Source: Utricularia gibba
Lineage: Eukaryota > Plantae > Magnoliophyta
Length of the DNA: 64,000 bases
Direction of reading: 5' to 3'
Assembly: GCA_002189035.1 (NCBI GenBank)
Contig: NEEC01000012.1
Location: forward strand, 1,674,001 to 1,738,000
Shown here piece by piece: positions 39,005 through 52,100 of the stretch. The notes below the pieces were generated by a model that did not search any database, was not told the DNA's origin, and saw only the letters and a list, made by a program, of their open reading frames with translations. Every line of letters starts with the position of its first letter. The stretch's first letter is position 1. A program made the position numbers and the translations under genes.

Positions 39005-39253
39005 TCATCCACCACCACCACCGCAGCCTCCGCCGCCGCCACCTTCAGTAAACGTTTCTGCAGCTAGGGCCCCTGCCCCAGCTCCTAGAATCGTCATTCC
39101 ACCGTTGCTTCCCATGGCACCGGCACCATGCACCGGCAGAGTCGAACCATGACATGCGAGGCAACAATTCAGTATCGCGGAAAACAGTATCATGAAGACA
39201 ACAAAACCTCCGACGCACCAGGTGATTATAAAGGGAAGCGCTTGCGAACTCAT
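39005..39253 (-). CDS. Single-TM Gly/Cys-tailed small protein, copy GRP-C, 82 aa (short tail)
   Basis: MSSQALPFIITWCVGGFVVFMILFSAILNCCLACHGSTLPVHGAGAMGSNGGMTILGAGAGALAAETFTEGGGGGGCGGGGG*. Flanks 38735-39004 and 39254-40140 align with copies A and B. Confidence 0.82.
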   Translation of the reverse strand: MSSQALPFIITWCVGGFVVFMILFSAILNCCLACHGSTLPVHGAGAMGSNGGMTILGAGAGALAAETFTEGGGGGGCGGGGG

Positions 39254-40423
39254 GGTACTGGATCGTATTGCTCATCCCCTTCAGCAGCCAGTAGCCGCTC
39301 TCTCTCTATATATAACGAACGACTCAAGACAAGGAGACGCAGGAGGAAGCTTCCACGGTCAACAAATACATAATTAACGAAGAGTTGAAGAGTCAGAAAT
39401 CCGACGTAGATGCATTGACATCTTCATATTACTCGCCAAAGACCCAAATATCATACTCATCCGATAAATGATATGCTCGGAATAAATATTTTTTTTTATC
39501 TTTTTTTTTTAATTCATATGAACATAAAAAAATGACTTTTTTTTTAAATAAACCTGTGGTTTCAATATTTTAACACTTTTATTATTTATAAAAAATTCTC
39601 AATTTTGAAAATTGGTAGTATATTAGATTCTCATTTTAAAAACTTGCAAAAGTAAACTTACTTCTTTGACAAACTTGTCAAACAAGCCTTAAATTTTTGA
39701 AAACACATAAATTAGTTTGTAGAATTGTAAAATTTAGTGAATTACACCTCATCCACAAAACCATTCAAATTAATCCCCAAAACCTTTAAAACTTGGCAAA
39801 TGTCATTATTTACACCACCAAAATTTGAAAATTGATGCATATTAGTCCTGCATTCATTTTTTTCCTATTTCACCATGATATACTATAAATTCCATTTGAT
39901 TTTTAATTATGAAATATGTAAAAAATAATATCCATTAAATATGTTTATTTTTATGATATATTTTTTTTGTTATTGAGTTAAATTTGTTTTAACTTATGAG
40001 GATTGTAAGTTTTTATTAATTTAATTTTATTTATCTCATTCATTAATGTATGAAAACTCATTATTAATGTCTGACATAATCACAAGGGATATATTAAGAT
40101 ACAAAACTAACATTCATTTTTATTAACGTTTTCAATATTTTTTTTCATTTTTAATGGTCTTAAGATGTTACAAAACTAACATCCATGATGAAGCTTCCAT
40201 CCAACAACTATCTTTTTACAACCACTATTATTTTGGATGAGTTCATTTGTGTGCACCACTTCATCCTCCGTCAACTAATCTTGAGTCATCTATAAATAAG
40301 ATATAATTTTAACACATTGAGATCAAAAGCAATAACTACATATAAATCAAAAACATGCTCACAAGATATGTATATCTGGCATGGTTATATATGTTCGATT
40401 TGTATTGAAGAAAGCAATAAATA

Positions 40424-43400
40424 TGATGAGGGATAAAGTCGGCCAAGGTTAATCGGATTCTGAAAAGCTGCGAAAAGGGACTCTAAGGGGATAATGCCTA
40501 CCGACAGACCAACATCTGTCAGAAATCTGACAGGTATAACCATATGACGCAGTCTGAAAAGCAGCCGAATTACGGCATAACAGGCGGCCGATATCTAAAA
40601 AACGAAATCGTATAGCAGATGCAGAAAGCAACCGACATTTGCAGATGTCAGGATTCGGTCAGATTGGGCCCTTCTATAAATAGAAGGAACTATGACGAAA
40701 AGTGGGTTGGAGACAAAAAGGAAGATTCTTCAACTTGTATTCTCTTCTTCACCTTCTCCGTCTAGTGAAAATCTTTTCCAGCAAGTTCCGGTAGCTCCGT
40801 GATTTTTCCGCTTTCCAGTGGTTTCCACGTAAAAATATTTGCTCATTTTTACTTCAATTGAACCAACCGTGAAAAACACAACTAAGTGCGACATTCCCGA
40901 TCGCACCTGTTACCTTAAGTCGGCCTCCCACCGGATACCGATTTTACCCGTAACATTTTTGGCGCCCACCATGGGGCCACGTTCTACAGCCCCACTTGAA
41001 AAACCCACAGGAGCTACTCATTAACCACGGATCATGGCAGAAAATAGCATAGCCGCCGACCCGGCTCGGGACGGAAGCGCCGACGCGCGAGACCTCGGCC
41101 TTATGATCACCAACAGGGTGTAGCTGAAGGCCCTACTAATGGAAATCCTTGCCGACCTCCGGGCACCTTCAGGTCTCAACTCCAATGCCTAGGAGGGAAC
41201 ACCCGAAACTGCACCACGAACGGAGAAGCAACCTCTTATTCCGGATTACCCCCTAGATATAGGAACTGAATCCAAAACCGAGGAGGAGATGCTGTGAAGA
41301 AAGAGGCACAACCAAGTCATATATGAGCCAGGAACTGATAGGGAAAACATGGCTGGAAAAATTTTGGAAGAAAGGGAAGAAGAGCTGAAGAGAGAGTTAG
41401 ACTAGATCCGTGAGAGGAGAAGACTTATCGACAAGCAGAGATCGACGAGAAGAAGAGAGGATAGGGGCATCAGGGACATTTTCGATCAGAACGTATCCAC
41501 CGGGAGAGGGGACGTTCTGCGCAACATCGCTTTGGCCTTGAAGAGTGGGGTTGAGGGAGCAGTTGGGACCACAACGCTGCGTTTTGATCCCTTCTCAGAC
41601 GATTTAGTCGAGGAAGAACCCGAGAGAGGATTCAGGGTCCCAGATGGATTACCTACGTACGACGGGAAAGGGGATCCTATATCACACGTAACTGACTTCA
41701 ATATGAGGATGTCCACGGTTCGACATTCAATGGCCATGAAGTGTAAGTCGTTCGCTTGCTAGCTCCAGAAAGGAGCAAAGACTTGGTTCAAACAGTTAGA
41801 ACCATGCAACGTGGCATCTTATCGGGAGTTAGTGCTGCTTTTCACTACCCGATACGCTGTCAACATCGAAGCTCCACCTTCAAAGGCAGCATTATACTCT
41901 GTTTGGTATGACCACCGAAAAGAGAGCTTGAGAAGGTTCATTGACCGATTTAATTGCCAAGCGCCATGGATGCCTATTTGGGATACCACCAAATTTTCGT
42001 TGCCGAGAGAGACCAACCAAAAACCACCTTCTACACCAAGGATGGGGTTTACTGTTACGTGGCCATGCCCTTAGGTTTAAAGAATGCATGGACGACTTAT
42101 CAGAGGTTGGTAAATAAAATATTCTCTTCTGAAATTGGTACCTCGATGGAAGTATATGTGGACGATATGATTGTAAAATCTATGAATGAAGAAGACCACT
42201 TAACGTATTTGGATTCTTATTTCTCTTTGTGCCGGTTATACGGGTTAAAACTCAAACCCACTGAAATGTTGCTTCGGGGTGCGAAGTGGAAAATTCCTGG
42301 GGCATTACGTATTAGAGAGAGGAATTGAGGCCGACCCCGAGAAGATTAAGACAATATGCGAAATGCAACCCCCAAGGACAATCAAGGAGTACGAGAGCCT
42401 CACGAACAAATTGGCTGCGCTCAGCCGTTTCATATCTCGATCAGCTGATAAGTCGGCATCCTTCTTCAAAGTCTTGCGAAAGGGAAACGCTCTAGAATGG
42501 AACGAGGATTGCCGGCTTGCCTTTGAAAAACTCAAGGAATATCTCTCATCACCCCCACTTCTTGTGGTTCCGAGAGTAGGAGAGCCTTTAGGACTATATC
42601 TATCTATATCGCCCATTGCAGTTAGCGCAGTCTTGACAATCATCTCGGCAGATAAACACCTTCCGGTGTATTATGTGAGCAAGGTTTTGTTACCAGCCGA
42701 AACCCGTTATTCGGTGACAGAAAAATTCATCTTGGCTTTGAAGATGGCGGCCACAAAGCTAAGGTCAAATTTCCAAGATCGGCACATCGTGGTATTCACC
42801 AATCAGCCCTTGAAGAATATCCTATCTCGACCAGAGATTTCCGGAAGGGTTGCCAAATGGGCGGTCGAATTGAGTACAATGGATATTGAGTTTAAATTGA
42901 GAATAGCAATCAAGGCCCAACCTCTTGCCGATTTTGTGGTCGAAATGACTAGGCCTATAGACCGTTTTGAAGAAGCCAATGACCGATGGACCATGCACGT
43001 TGATGGCTCGACGTACAACGGCATTGGAGGAGGAATAGACATCCGAACCCAAGACGGGGAACACATTTATATCACGGTGAAATTCTTATTCCCAGCCTCC
43101 AACAATGTGATCGAGTATGAAGCATTGATTGAAGGAATGAAAATTGCCAAGGAACTTGTGCAAGGACAATTTTCGAGTGAATACGAAACCCATGACCCCC
43201 TCATGGCTCTATACCATATTTAGGTAAAGGAGCTAGCAAAAACCTTCAAGTAATTCACCCTATCGCACGTGGCTTGCGAGGAGAACGGATCAGCAGATAG
43301 CCTCGCCAGATTTTCTGCAAGTTTTCATGAGCTGAGGGAAGGAAGTGTGACGATTCGGCTGCGGGATCAACCTTCAATGACCTTGCGAGCCGTGAATTAT

Positions 43401-44484
43401 ACTACCCAGCAACCAGGAAATGATATCTCTCCACAGCTAAGTCACCTCGATGATTGGACATCACCCTACGTCCGGTATCTATGAAATGGAGAAACACCAT
43501 CTAATAGATCCAAAGCCCGACAATTAGAGATGAGAGCAAAGAGATATACACTAGTAAATGGAATTCTCTATTGCAGATCCTTAGATGGACCCCTCTTGAG
43601 GTGTATCGGGGCAAAACATTCTCAAGAACTTATAACCGATCTGCATGAAGGGGAATGTGGCAGCCATATCGGCATACGATCCTTATGCAGGAAAGCCTTG
43701 AGAACTAGGTATTATTGGCCAACTATGGAGCGGCATATTACCAAAATAGTGAAGAAATGCAAAGTATGACAATACCATGCGAGTACACCGAGAAAGCCGG
43801 TAAATAACCTGACCCCTCTTCCATTCTCATGCCCGTTCGATCGATGGGGAGTGGATATCATGGGGCCGTTCCCCCAAACCTCGAGCCAAAGGAAATTTGT
43901 CATCGTGGGAGTCGAGTATTTCTCCAAATGGGTGGAGGCTGAGGCCGTGGCAAAAATATCAGAGGAGACTGTTATTCAATTTCTGTGGAGAAATATCTTC
44001 GTCCGGTTCGGAATCCCTCAAGAACTGGTGACCGATAATGGAACCCAATTCGCTGGGGGAAGAATGAAGGCATTCCTAGATAAATATACAGTCAAACACA
44101 ACTTCACCTTGGTGTATCACCCGTAGAGCAATGGTCTCACAGAGGTAACGTATCGAACGCTCCGGCTAGGAATGAAGACTAAACTTGAAGATTTTGGAGG
44201 ATCATGGGCAGATCGCTTGGATGAAGTGCTGTGGTCATATCGCACCACCCCTCGGACCACCATGGAAGAATCTCTGTTCTTATTGGTTTACGGTTCAGAA
44301 GCCGTGTGCCCTATTGAACTAACCCTGAAAAGCTAATGGGTGGAACATTATAATGAAGAAGAAAATGCTGACCTGCGAAAACTGGAGTTGGAGCTGTTGG
44401 AAGAACGCAACTAAGTGCAACATTCCCGATCGCACCTGTCACCTTAAATCGGCATCCCATCAGATACTGATTTTACCCGTAACA
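40424..44484 (+). mobile_element. Ty3/Gypsy Tat (Retand-like) LTR retrotransposon, internally deleted and degenerate
   Basis: The 5' LTR is 40424-40955 (TG..CA). The PBS TGGCGCCCACCATGGGGC at 40960-40977 is complementary to the tRNA-Lys(CUU) 3' end with 1 mismatch. Domains are a gag remnant, RT (MDAYLGYHQI, YVDDMIVKS), RH, an additional aRH (WTMHVDGS..ASNNVIEYEALI) and integrase (HEGECGSH, MDIMGPFP, VTDNGTQF). Only the last 77 bp of the 3' LTR remain (44408-44484). TSD AAATA flanks both sides. Confidence 0.93.
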
Positions 44485-45469
44485 AAATAAATTAAAAAAC
44501 ATAAAACTACACTTTTTCCCTCCAGATTATTTGTGAACTATCAAGCCAATAAATGTGTATTGATGTATATGCATTTGATACATCATCATTACGGTAAGCA
44601 TCACAAGATAACCTTAAATACCTACCAACAATTGGAAGGAGTTGTAAAGTTTTCAAATGTAATTAAATAGAAAGTGTGTTAAAAAAATGGTACCAATTAT
44701 TATAAGAGATATAGTAACATTTAGAAGTAATTCATTAAAGAGCTATGTAAAAAACTTGTGTTTCTAGCTATCGATATGGTGATAATGACAAAACAAAGCT
44801 TGAGTCTAATGTTCTTTGTGAAATAATTTATGTTCTTGAGTATTTATTGAACACCACATGTGTGTCTGTTTAAGGGATAATGATTTCTGTTTTTTAAATG
44901 CAACACGCAGTAAGACATTAGAGTGCAATATTACAATTATAAGAATTAGAACATGAGTGGAAAGGGTAAATGTTTGATCATATCTTTCATCATGTTGATG
45001 AGGACAAGTTTCTTCATAATTCGCATCCTCATTTTTCATTCCGCATACGGTTTCCAAGGATTCCTAATAAGTCATTCAACATGTTATGAAAAACAAATCT
45101 ATATTACATTTAAGGCAAACTGTGAGGTACCTCATATTTAAGAGTAGGTTTGAAAGAGAGGGAAAAAGAAGAATAATGATTTTAAAAAAAATTGCTTCAG
45201 AGATTACATTTTGTTTCCAACAAAATCTATAGAAAATGCAGAACTATCTGCTTCACCCAATACTTAATTTCTCAAACCATGAGCTTTGGAAACAAATAAT
45301 CTCTTCCCCAACTTAGCTAGTCCCTCAGATATCTATACTTGTTGCTGTTTTCCTTTAGCTAGTGTTTTCTTCTATTGAGAGACTCATTAACTATTGAAAC
45401 ATCTTCTCATGTTGTTCTACAACAACGAAAACTAGGTAGATCCAGTTCTCCTCGGCTACTTTTTCATCT

Positions 45470-46090
45470 TCTCATAGCATTATAGAAACAACTATACTAC
45501 TAAACTCATTCATATCTCATACCATGCTTTTTTGAATCAAATCCTAGTATGTACATATAGCGATCTGCTCTCTCATTCTTCGATATTGTCTGTTTTGAAC
45601 ACTTAAGTCTCATAATTTTACGATTTACTCTAGTGAGGAAAATGCCTTGCACAAGATTAGAGAAGACCTCTTCATATAAATTCTCATTTTACCTCATCTG
45701 TAATCAATGTAAGATTCACCTAAATTGTTTGTAGTTTTCCTTGAACCAGGCCCTTCCACCCTTCTTATAAACTCAGTGTCTTCATTGAAGTTTGCCCTAC
45801 TATTGATTACATGTCTGGGTTCGGTTTTGATATCAAATGTAACGGCTTAGCTCCTTATACACTACTTAACTTTTACAATATTATGTTTTTCCTTTTGAGG
45901 AAAAAATCTTGTATAAAATTAAAAAAAATACTTCTATTTACGCAAATTTTCTCTTACGTCCATAACCAATATGAGATATCATCACTAGATTCCAAACCTA
46001 ACTCAAACTATTGTTGATGGATTTGATCAAGCACATGTTTATAAAAGAAAATTTCACATAAAAATAAAATCCAATTTCAAAACACCTATA
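45470..46090. repeat. Flank fragment of a fourth HMA/GRP array unit
   Basis: 45480-45530 (TATAGAAACAA...TAAACTCATTC) and 45995-46080 (AACTCAAACT.TTGTTGATGGATTTGATCAA...TTTATAAAAGAAAAT) match 32870-33100 just downstream of GRP-B. No coding remnant seen. Confidence 0.7.
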
Positions 46091-47284
46091 AAATACATTA
46101 AAAAAATCACATACATAAAGGCTTGTGCATGCATGGCTTTATCACAGTCCTCAACCAAAGAAAACTTAAACTTATATACTTGGCTTTTAAAAACGAAAAA
46201 TGCCATAATAGAAGCACACTGTACTCATAATTGAGAGCACGAAATTTAGAGTTTTACTCCTAATATCTGATATATGTTTTGCCTTCTCTTGCGATTTGAG
46301 CTTTGTTCATGATGCGGTGAGAATGGATAGTACACCATGTTTGATGTCAATGAAAACACCCCCATCGAAGAACACTCAAAATCAAACAAGGAATGATGTT
46401 GTGGATTTGCGACGATTACTCCAGCTACTTGAACTCTAGGGGTTGGATCCTCAGATCCATTGTATGTTCATGGGTCATGTACACATGATACCGCCACACG
46501 GGCGTGGTTTACGCATAAACCACGCCCGTGTGGCCTTGTGGTGCTGCTGCATATGCACACGGGCGTGGTTTATGCACGTGTGACGTTGTCATGTGTACAC
46601 GACCCAAATTGCTCCTAAGGGTCGAACGCTAATTAAGATTTAAAATAAATTAATATGCACTCGATTCAACGTATATTTACGGATCGAATGATAATAAAAA
46701 TATTAAAATAAAAAATATACAATCGATCCTAATCATACCTAAGGATCGAATGCTACTTAAAATGATTGAAATAAAAATACACACTTGATCTGAATTTGGA
46801 ACATCTCTAACTAAACCCCAACTCAGATTCGGGTATCTCGAAGTGAATTCCCTATTCGAACTCCATACAAGAAATGAAAGCGAATGAATTTAGAAAGCTG
46901 ACCATGGCATCCGCCCGACAAGGGTTGCCATCGATAGGCAGCAGCTTCAATTTCAATTTTTTGTTTACCTCTTTGTGTTATTTGAAAAATGTTAGTTTGA
47001 TTTTCAATAGAGGTTATTGCTTACTTTACTGCTTTTCTTTCAACAGATAATTGGAGAGGCATGAGTTTCTTCTAAAGTATGGCTTATGATGAAGATAACG
47101 AGGCAGACATGTGAAGTGCTAATCTTGCAGATTAAGAGACGAGTGATCCACTTTTTCTTCCTAACATGAAAATATTATTCGACATTGCGCGTGCTGTTGA
47201 TGATATTGGGATGGTTAGTGGAGAAGAGGAAACAATATTTGAGGGTGAATCAGAATCAGAAAATGAACTAAGTCTAAGTTGTGA

Positions 47285-48171
47285 AACTACTTGTTTCCCT
47301 CCTTAGGTCTACCCATGATTTGTTAGAAATAAGAGTTAAGAAACACACATAAATTTCATTATCAGCCCTAAACACACACCACCCCACTTCACCTTAAGGC
47401 ATCCCTAAGACTTTAGCCACTCATGCTTAGGAAATAAAACACGATTTCATTCATATAAGTTGGTCTAAATGGCAGAAACATTGTAAACAAGTCAAACACA
47501 GAAACTCAAAATGTTCAGATAACATAAAGCAAATAAATATTGGTCTGCCGCTTGGTTGCTACTATTCACAACCCGGAACAGTAGCGTTGGACTGGGCTCT
47601 GGCGCTGCTCTTGACATGGAGGCCTTCTACCCCCCCCCCCCCCCACCCCCCTTCTGGTTGGTGTTTTTCGCGTTAGGGAAGACGCCCCTTGCGTGCTCTA
47701 CCCATTCGCTCTTGCTTGCATTTTTTTGCTCTCTCCCATTTTCGAAATAAATTATCTCCTCTCCTTCACTCCATTGCATTGTTCCTGACTGCCAGCACTT
47801 TTCCCTACCACCACCACTGTTCCCGGCCTGAACTTGCACACTGCGATGGCGGCAGAACAGTGCTCTTTGTCCTTTTCCAGATTTTGCGCCCTTTTTCACT
47901 TGTTCCACACGTTTGCAAGTCTGATTTGTCTGCTGAACTCCATGCTGAACTTACTGAAACATTAGTAATAAAAGTTGTGGACTAAATCAAAGGATTTAGT
48001 CCACTTTTCAGCATACTCAACGATTTAGAACGCCCAAACAATGATAGGAAATAATCACATAAGATTAACATAAACACCACTAAAACATGAAAAACCATAT
48101 TTATCTAACCTAACCCATAATAAAATATAACTATTTTGTATTATAAATTTTTGGAAAAATGTGTGTCATCA
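47285..48171 (-). mobile_element. Truncated Gypsy LTR related to 49229-50385
   Basis: The minus strand starts TGATGACACAC at 48171. It shares TAAG.CTTTAGCCACTCATGCTTA and AGTCAAA.ACAGAAA blocks with the 49229-50385 LTR. The left end has no TSD. Confidence 0.6.
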
Positions 48172-49169
48172 CACTATGCTACAACGACGTGAGACTTGTC
48201 CCCAAGTTCTAGCTAAGACTAACAGTAAACTAACTTCGTGAGCACAAATGATAAACAAAAACAACTTTGAAAAAATTCGGATGCATGAGTTATAGGAGTG
48301 CTGGTTTGCATGTCATGTATCACTCAAATGTGCATGAATTGATTCTTCTTTGGGAGTGTTTTCGAAGATTACTTCCTCAAGTTGCTTCGTTCAAAACCAC
48401 TTAAGACTATGGTTGCCAACTCTTTTTCTTTTCTTTTTTTTCTTTTTTTTTTCTAATAGTGAAGGGCAGCTAGTTCTGGATTGATCCGGGTATAATGTCA
48501 TGGCCTTTCTCGTGAAAAAATGTTTGCCAAGCACTCACACCTTATAACCCCGGGCCTCCTACTACTCCACCGGATCAATCCATCCCTTCTTACTCATTCA
48601 CTACTTATTAAGTCCGCACATGCTATTTTGTCAAGTGCTGCTTTTCAGGACTTTGATATCAATTTTTTTCCGATGCTGCTTTTTTTCTTCTCTTTTTTTT
48701 TTAAGCTAGCAACCTGTCCCAAGACGATGATGAAGTCCAACAACTCAATTTAAGCTAATCAAGATCACACTCCCTAGGTTCTTCTATTCATGCACATGCT
48801 CTCATAAAATAGAAGGTAAAACATGCTCTCAGGTATATAAAAGGCATAGAAAGCTCATACATCTAAATCATTTCATAGTTGCAATGTTTAGGCATGTGAC
48901 CATTCAAAGTAGTTCACCGACGGGAAACAAAATAAACAAGCAAGTACTCAACTATTCCTAGCACAGACTAACAGACACATATACGAACAGCATCCTAAGG
49001 AAAAATAAAACTAAAAATAAAAATAAAAATAAAATAAAGCTACACAAATACGTTCAGCAGTTGATTACTTATTCAGGAAGGAGTCTATCACTCCCTGTTT
49101 CAGTTCTTGCACTTCACGAATTAAATCAGACATTTTCTCGTTCAACTCTTTGATCATTTCTGGGCAGCA

Positions 49170-52100
49170 GGGCATGAGTTGGTGCTCTCCACGTTGCTCC
49201 TCTCCAAAACTCGCCAGTAGTGATCAGTTGATAAACGAAAAATTGTGCAAGTCGTTAATTGCAAATTTTCCTATCAAATAAATTTATAACCTAACCCACA
49301 TTCAAGCATAAAACAATTATGAGCATAGTGATTAGGGTCGAACACGAAGAGCAGGTGCTTGCTATGTGAAAGTTGACGCACGAAACTAGTGTCACGTTGG
49401 TAAAATTGGTCTTAGCTAGGAGTAAGGCAGAACTAAAACGAAATACAGTAAATAAAAATAACAAGTTCTGGAGTTCGGTTGTTTCTGGAATGGAATGGGT
49501 GATGCCTTAGGACTCCTAGGGGATGTATGCTCATTAGTAAACAAACTCACACAAACCACAAATCATACAACTAACTCACAAGATCTAGGTCTACCCGGAT
49601 TCTTGTTTTTCCCCTAATCTTTGGTCTACCTCTAATTAGGGTTGTTAAGTTGGGTTTCACTACTTCCCCCTCCTGGATCTATCCTGGTTTGTTAAGGAAG
49701 TGGCGTGACTCATGGCTGTTTAGATCTAAAGGTTGATTAATATGTTTCTCCCCTTTTTACCTCAAGGCACCCCCCTAAGTACTTAGCCACTCATGCTTAA
49801 GGTAAATGAAAGTGGAAAAGAAAACATCACCCTCAGTGTGCTCATTTCAAAGTCAAATACCAGAAAGCAAACAAGCAAGTAATGTGAAGTGTCAACAAAA
49901 ACTGAAAAACGTCACTAGCTACTCTTAGTTAGGAGTAATGTTCTTCGAAGACAGAAAATAATCTTGAACTTCAGCTTCGTTCCTGTTTGTCTTCCTTCTT
50001 CTTCCTCCCCAGAAAATCTTCCCAGAAATTGTGTTCGTGAGTCTCCAAGGGGAGATCTGCTTCTCTCTCCACCTTTCCTCCCTTTTTGTCCAAAATCTCC
50101 ATTTTTCACCTCCTTGGACTTTGTCTGTACTCTTTTTCAGACTTCTTACACCTTCTCTGCCACCACACTGTTCATACTCGGCTCCTTGGGATTTGTGTTG
50201 CGACCCATACTGCATTGCTCGAAAGGAACTGTTAGAAGGTTGGGACTAAATCGAAAACTAAGACTAAAAGTGCACTCCTATGGTACTTATGTGCAAAAAT
50301 ATAGAAACTGGCAATTAAGCTTAATTTTTGTAGCATAAAATGAGTAAATTCCATGCATTGAGCCACTCAAAACTATGTGTTATCATCAGTTAACCGTGAA
50401 TCTTGAGTAAGAAGACTGTTACAGAAAGATTATAACATAGTCGCATGAAGACATATGGAACCTATTCGGATTCAAAGAAGAGATGAAGATAAACTAACGA
50501 AACAAGAGTTGAGAGTATCCCAACCCAGAAACAGAAGTTTCTAGCTGCGAATGGCCATACAAGCTCAAGAAAACGAAAACAGATTACATAGAGAAGTTAG
50601 AGGAAAATCCTCTAGAGAGAGAAATAAAAGTCTAAACTAAACTTGAATTGTATGCTGAACTGTCTGAACTGAATTAAATTTCAATGAAAGTCTGAGATTT
50701 TGTGTCCTTGTGGTTCTATTGGACTTGGGGTGACGTGTAAGAAAGTTTCTGTTCTGACATTGGTACGCTAATGATTTCGGCTATCAGGGACTCCCGTGTT
50801 CCGCACATCAAGGCTCATGATTAGGCATCTACAGTCTTTCGGAAATCAAGGAGATGTCAGATTGGGAAGATCCATTTTGTCGTCATCTGCAGTCCTCTTT
50901 CTCTTACTTCCTGCCACATGTGTGCCTCTAGAAAAATTTAAATAAAACTAGCAAAAATATTAGATAAAATACAAGATTTAGGATAATTATCCTAAACTAG
51001 ATAAAAACCTAAATCTCATATTATAGACTTCGAATTAGACATTTCTAATCACATTTAGACATAAAAAACCTATAAAATATTGAGAAAATGACACTTAATA
51101 TATTCCCCCACATTTAAATCATGCTTGTCTTTATGAAAACAGATAAACAATCCATAGCTCTAATAGTACCTAACGCATGGTGCATGACTAAGGCAACCTA
51201 TTCCTATCTAACTACATGTACCACCTTCTATTTCTTTCCAGACTCTTCAAATCAATTTAAAGCATGCTACTCAAACAACACAATCGAGGAAGAGACAGTT
51301 CGGGATATTTACAAAAAGTTTGGGCCACAATGACTTACTCCTCTTTTTTTTTTTTTTTTTGAATAAGGACCCCGCTTTGGGGAAGAGATGTTTGGATTAC
51401 AAAACCTTATTTGTGGTTCATAAGGAAAGTTCGTGTCGTCCACGGTTTCACCAGATAATTCTTACCTTTGGCATCCATCTTTTTTTTTTTTTTTTTGAAG
51501 TGAGATATCACTAGGGTGCGAATGTACAACAAAAACATGAGAGCAATTCTAAAGAAGTCTCAACCCTAATGCATGTCATAAAAGCAAGAAATTCAGAGTA
51601 AGGAAAAATCTAGAAGGTTTCCTAGCAGCGAGATAAGTCTAAGCACCCTAATCATGAATCAGGCGCAAGGAATACCTATGCATGGATGTCATCTAACATA
51701 GGAAAGGAAACAAAATAAAAATAAAAATTAGGAAGCATTATATCGGCTAGACTCAAAAAATAAAAATGCGAACATAGGAAAGGAAACAAAATACGAAAAA
51801 TTGTCCAAATACTAAAGCAAGTAATTAGTTCGTTCGATAGAGAAGAACTCCTCCCACTTAATTCTGAGGATGTCCTCATCATCAAGCATGTTGGAAGGTA
51901 CCTTAGTGATGGCGTGGCATGGAGGTGAGCAGGGTGTCCAGTTTGGACGACAATGTGGTGATCTGGCACTGCATATCTTGAAGAGCCAGTAGGAGAATGC
52001 ATTTGTCCGGAGATGCAGGGGCAGTCGCCAGAGGAACTTCAGAGGTGTCACCGTATGGATCTACAATGGTTTGCGGCATGACAGTGATCTCACTCTTTGT

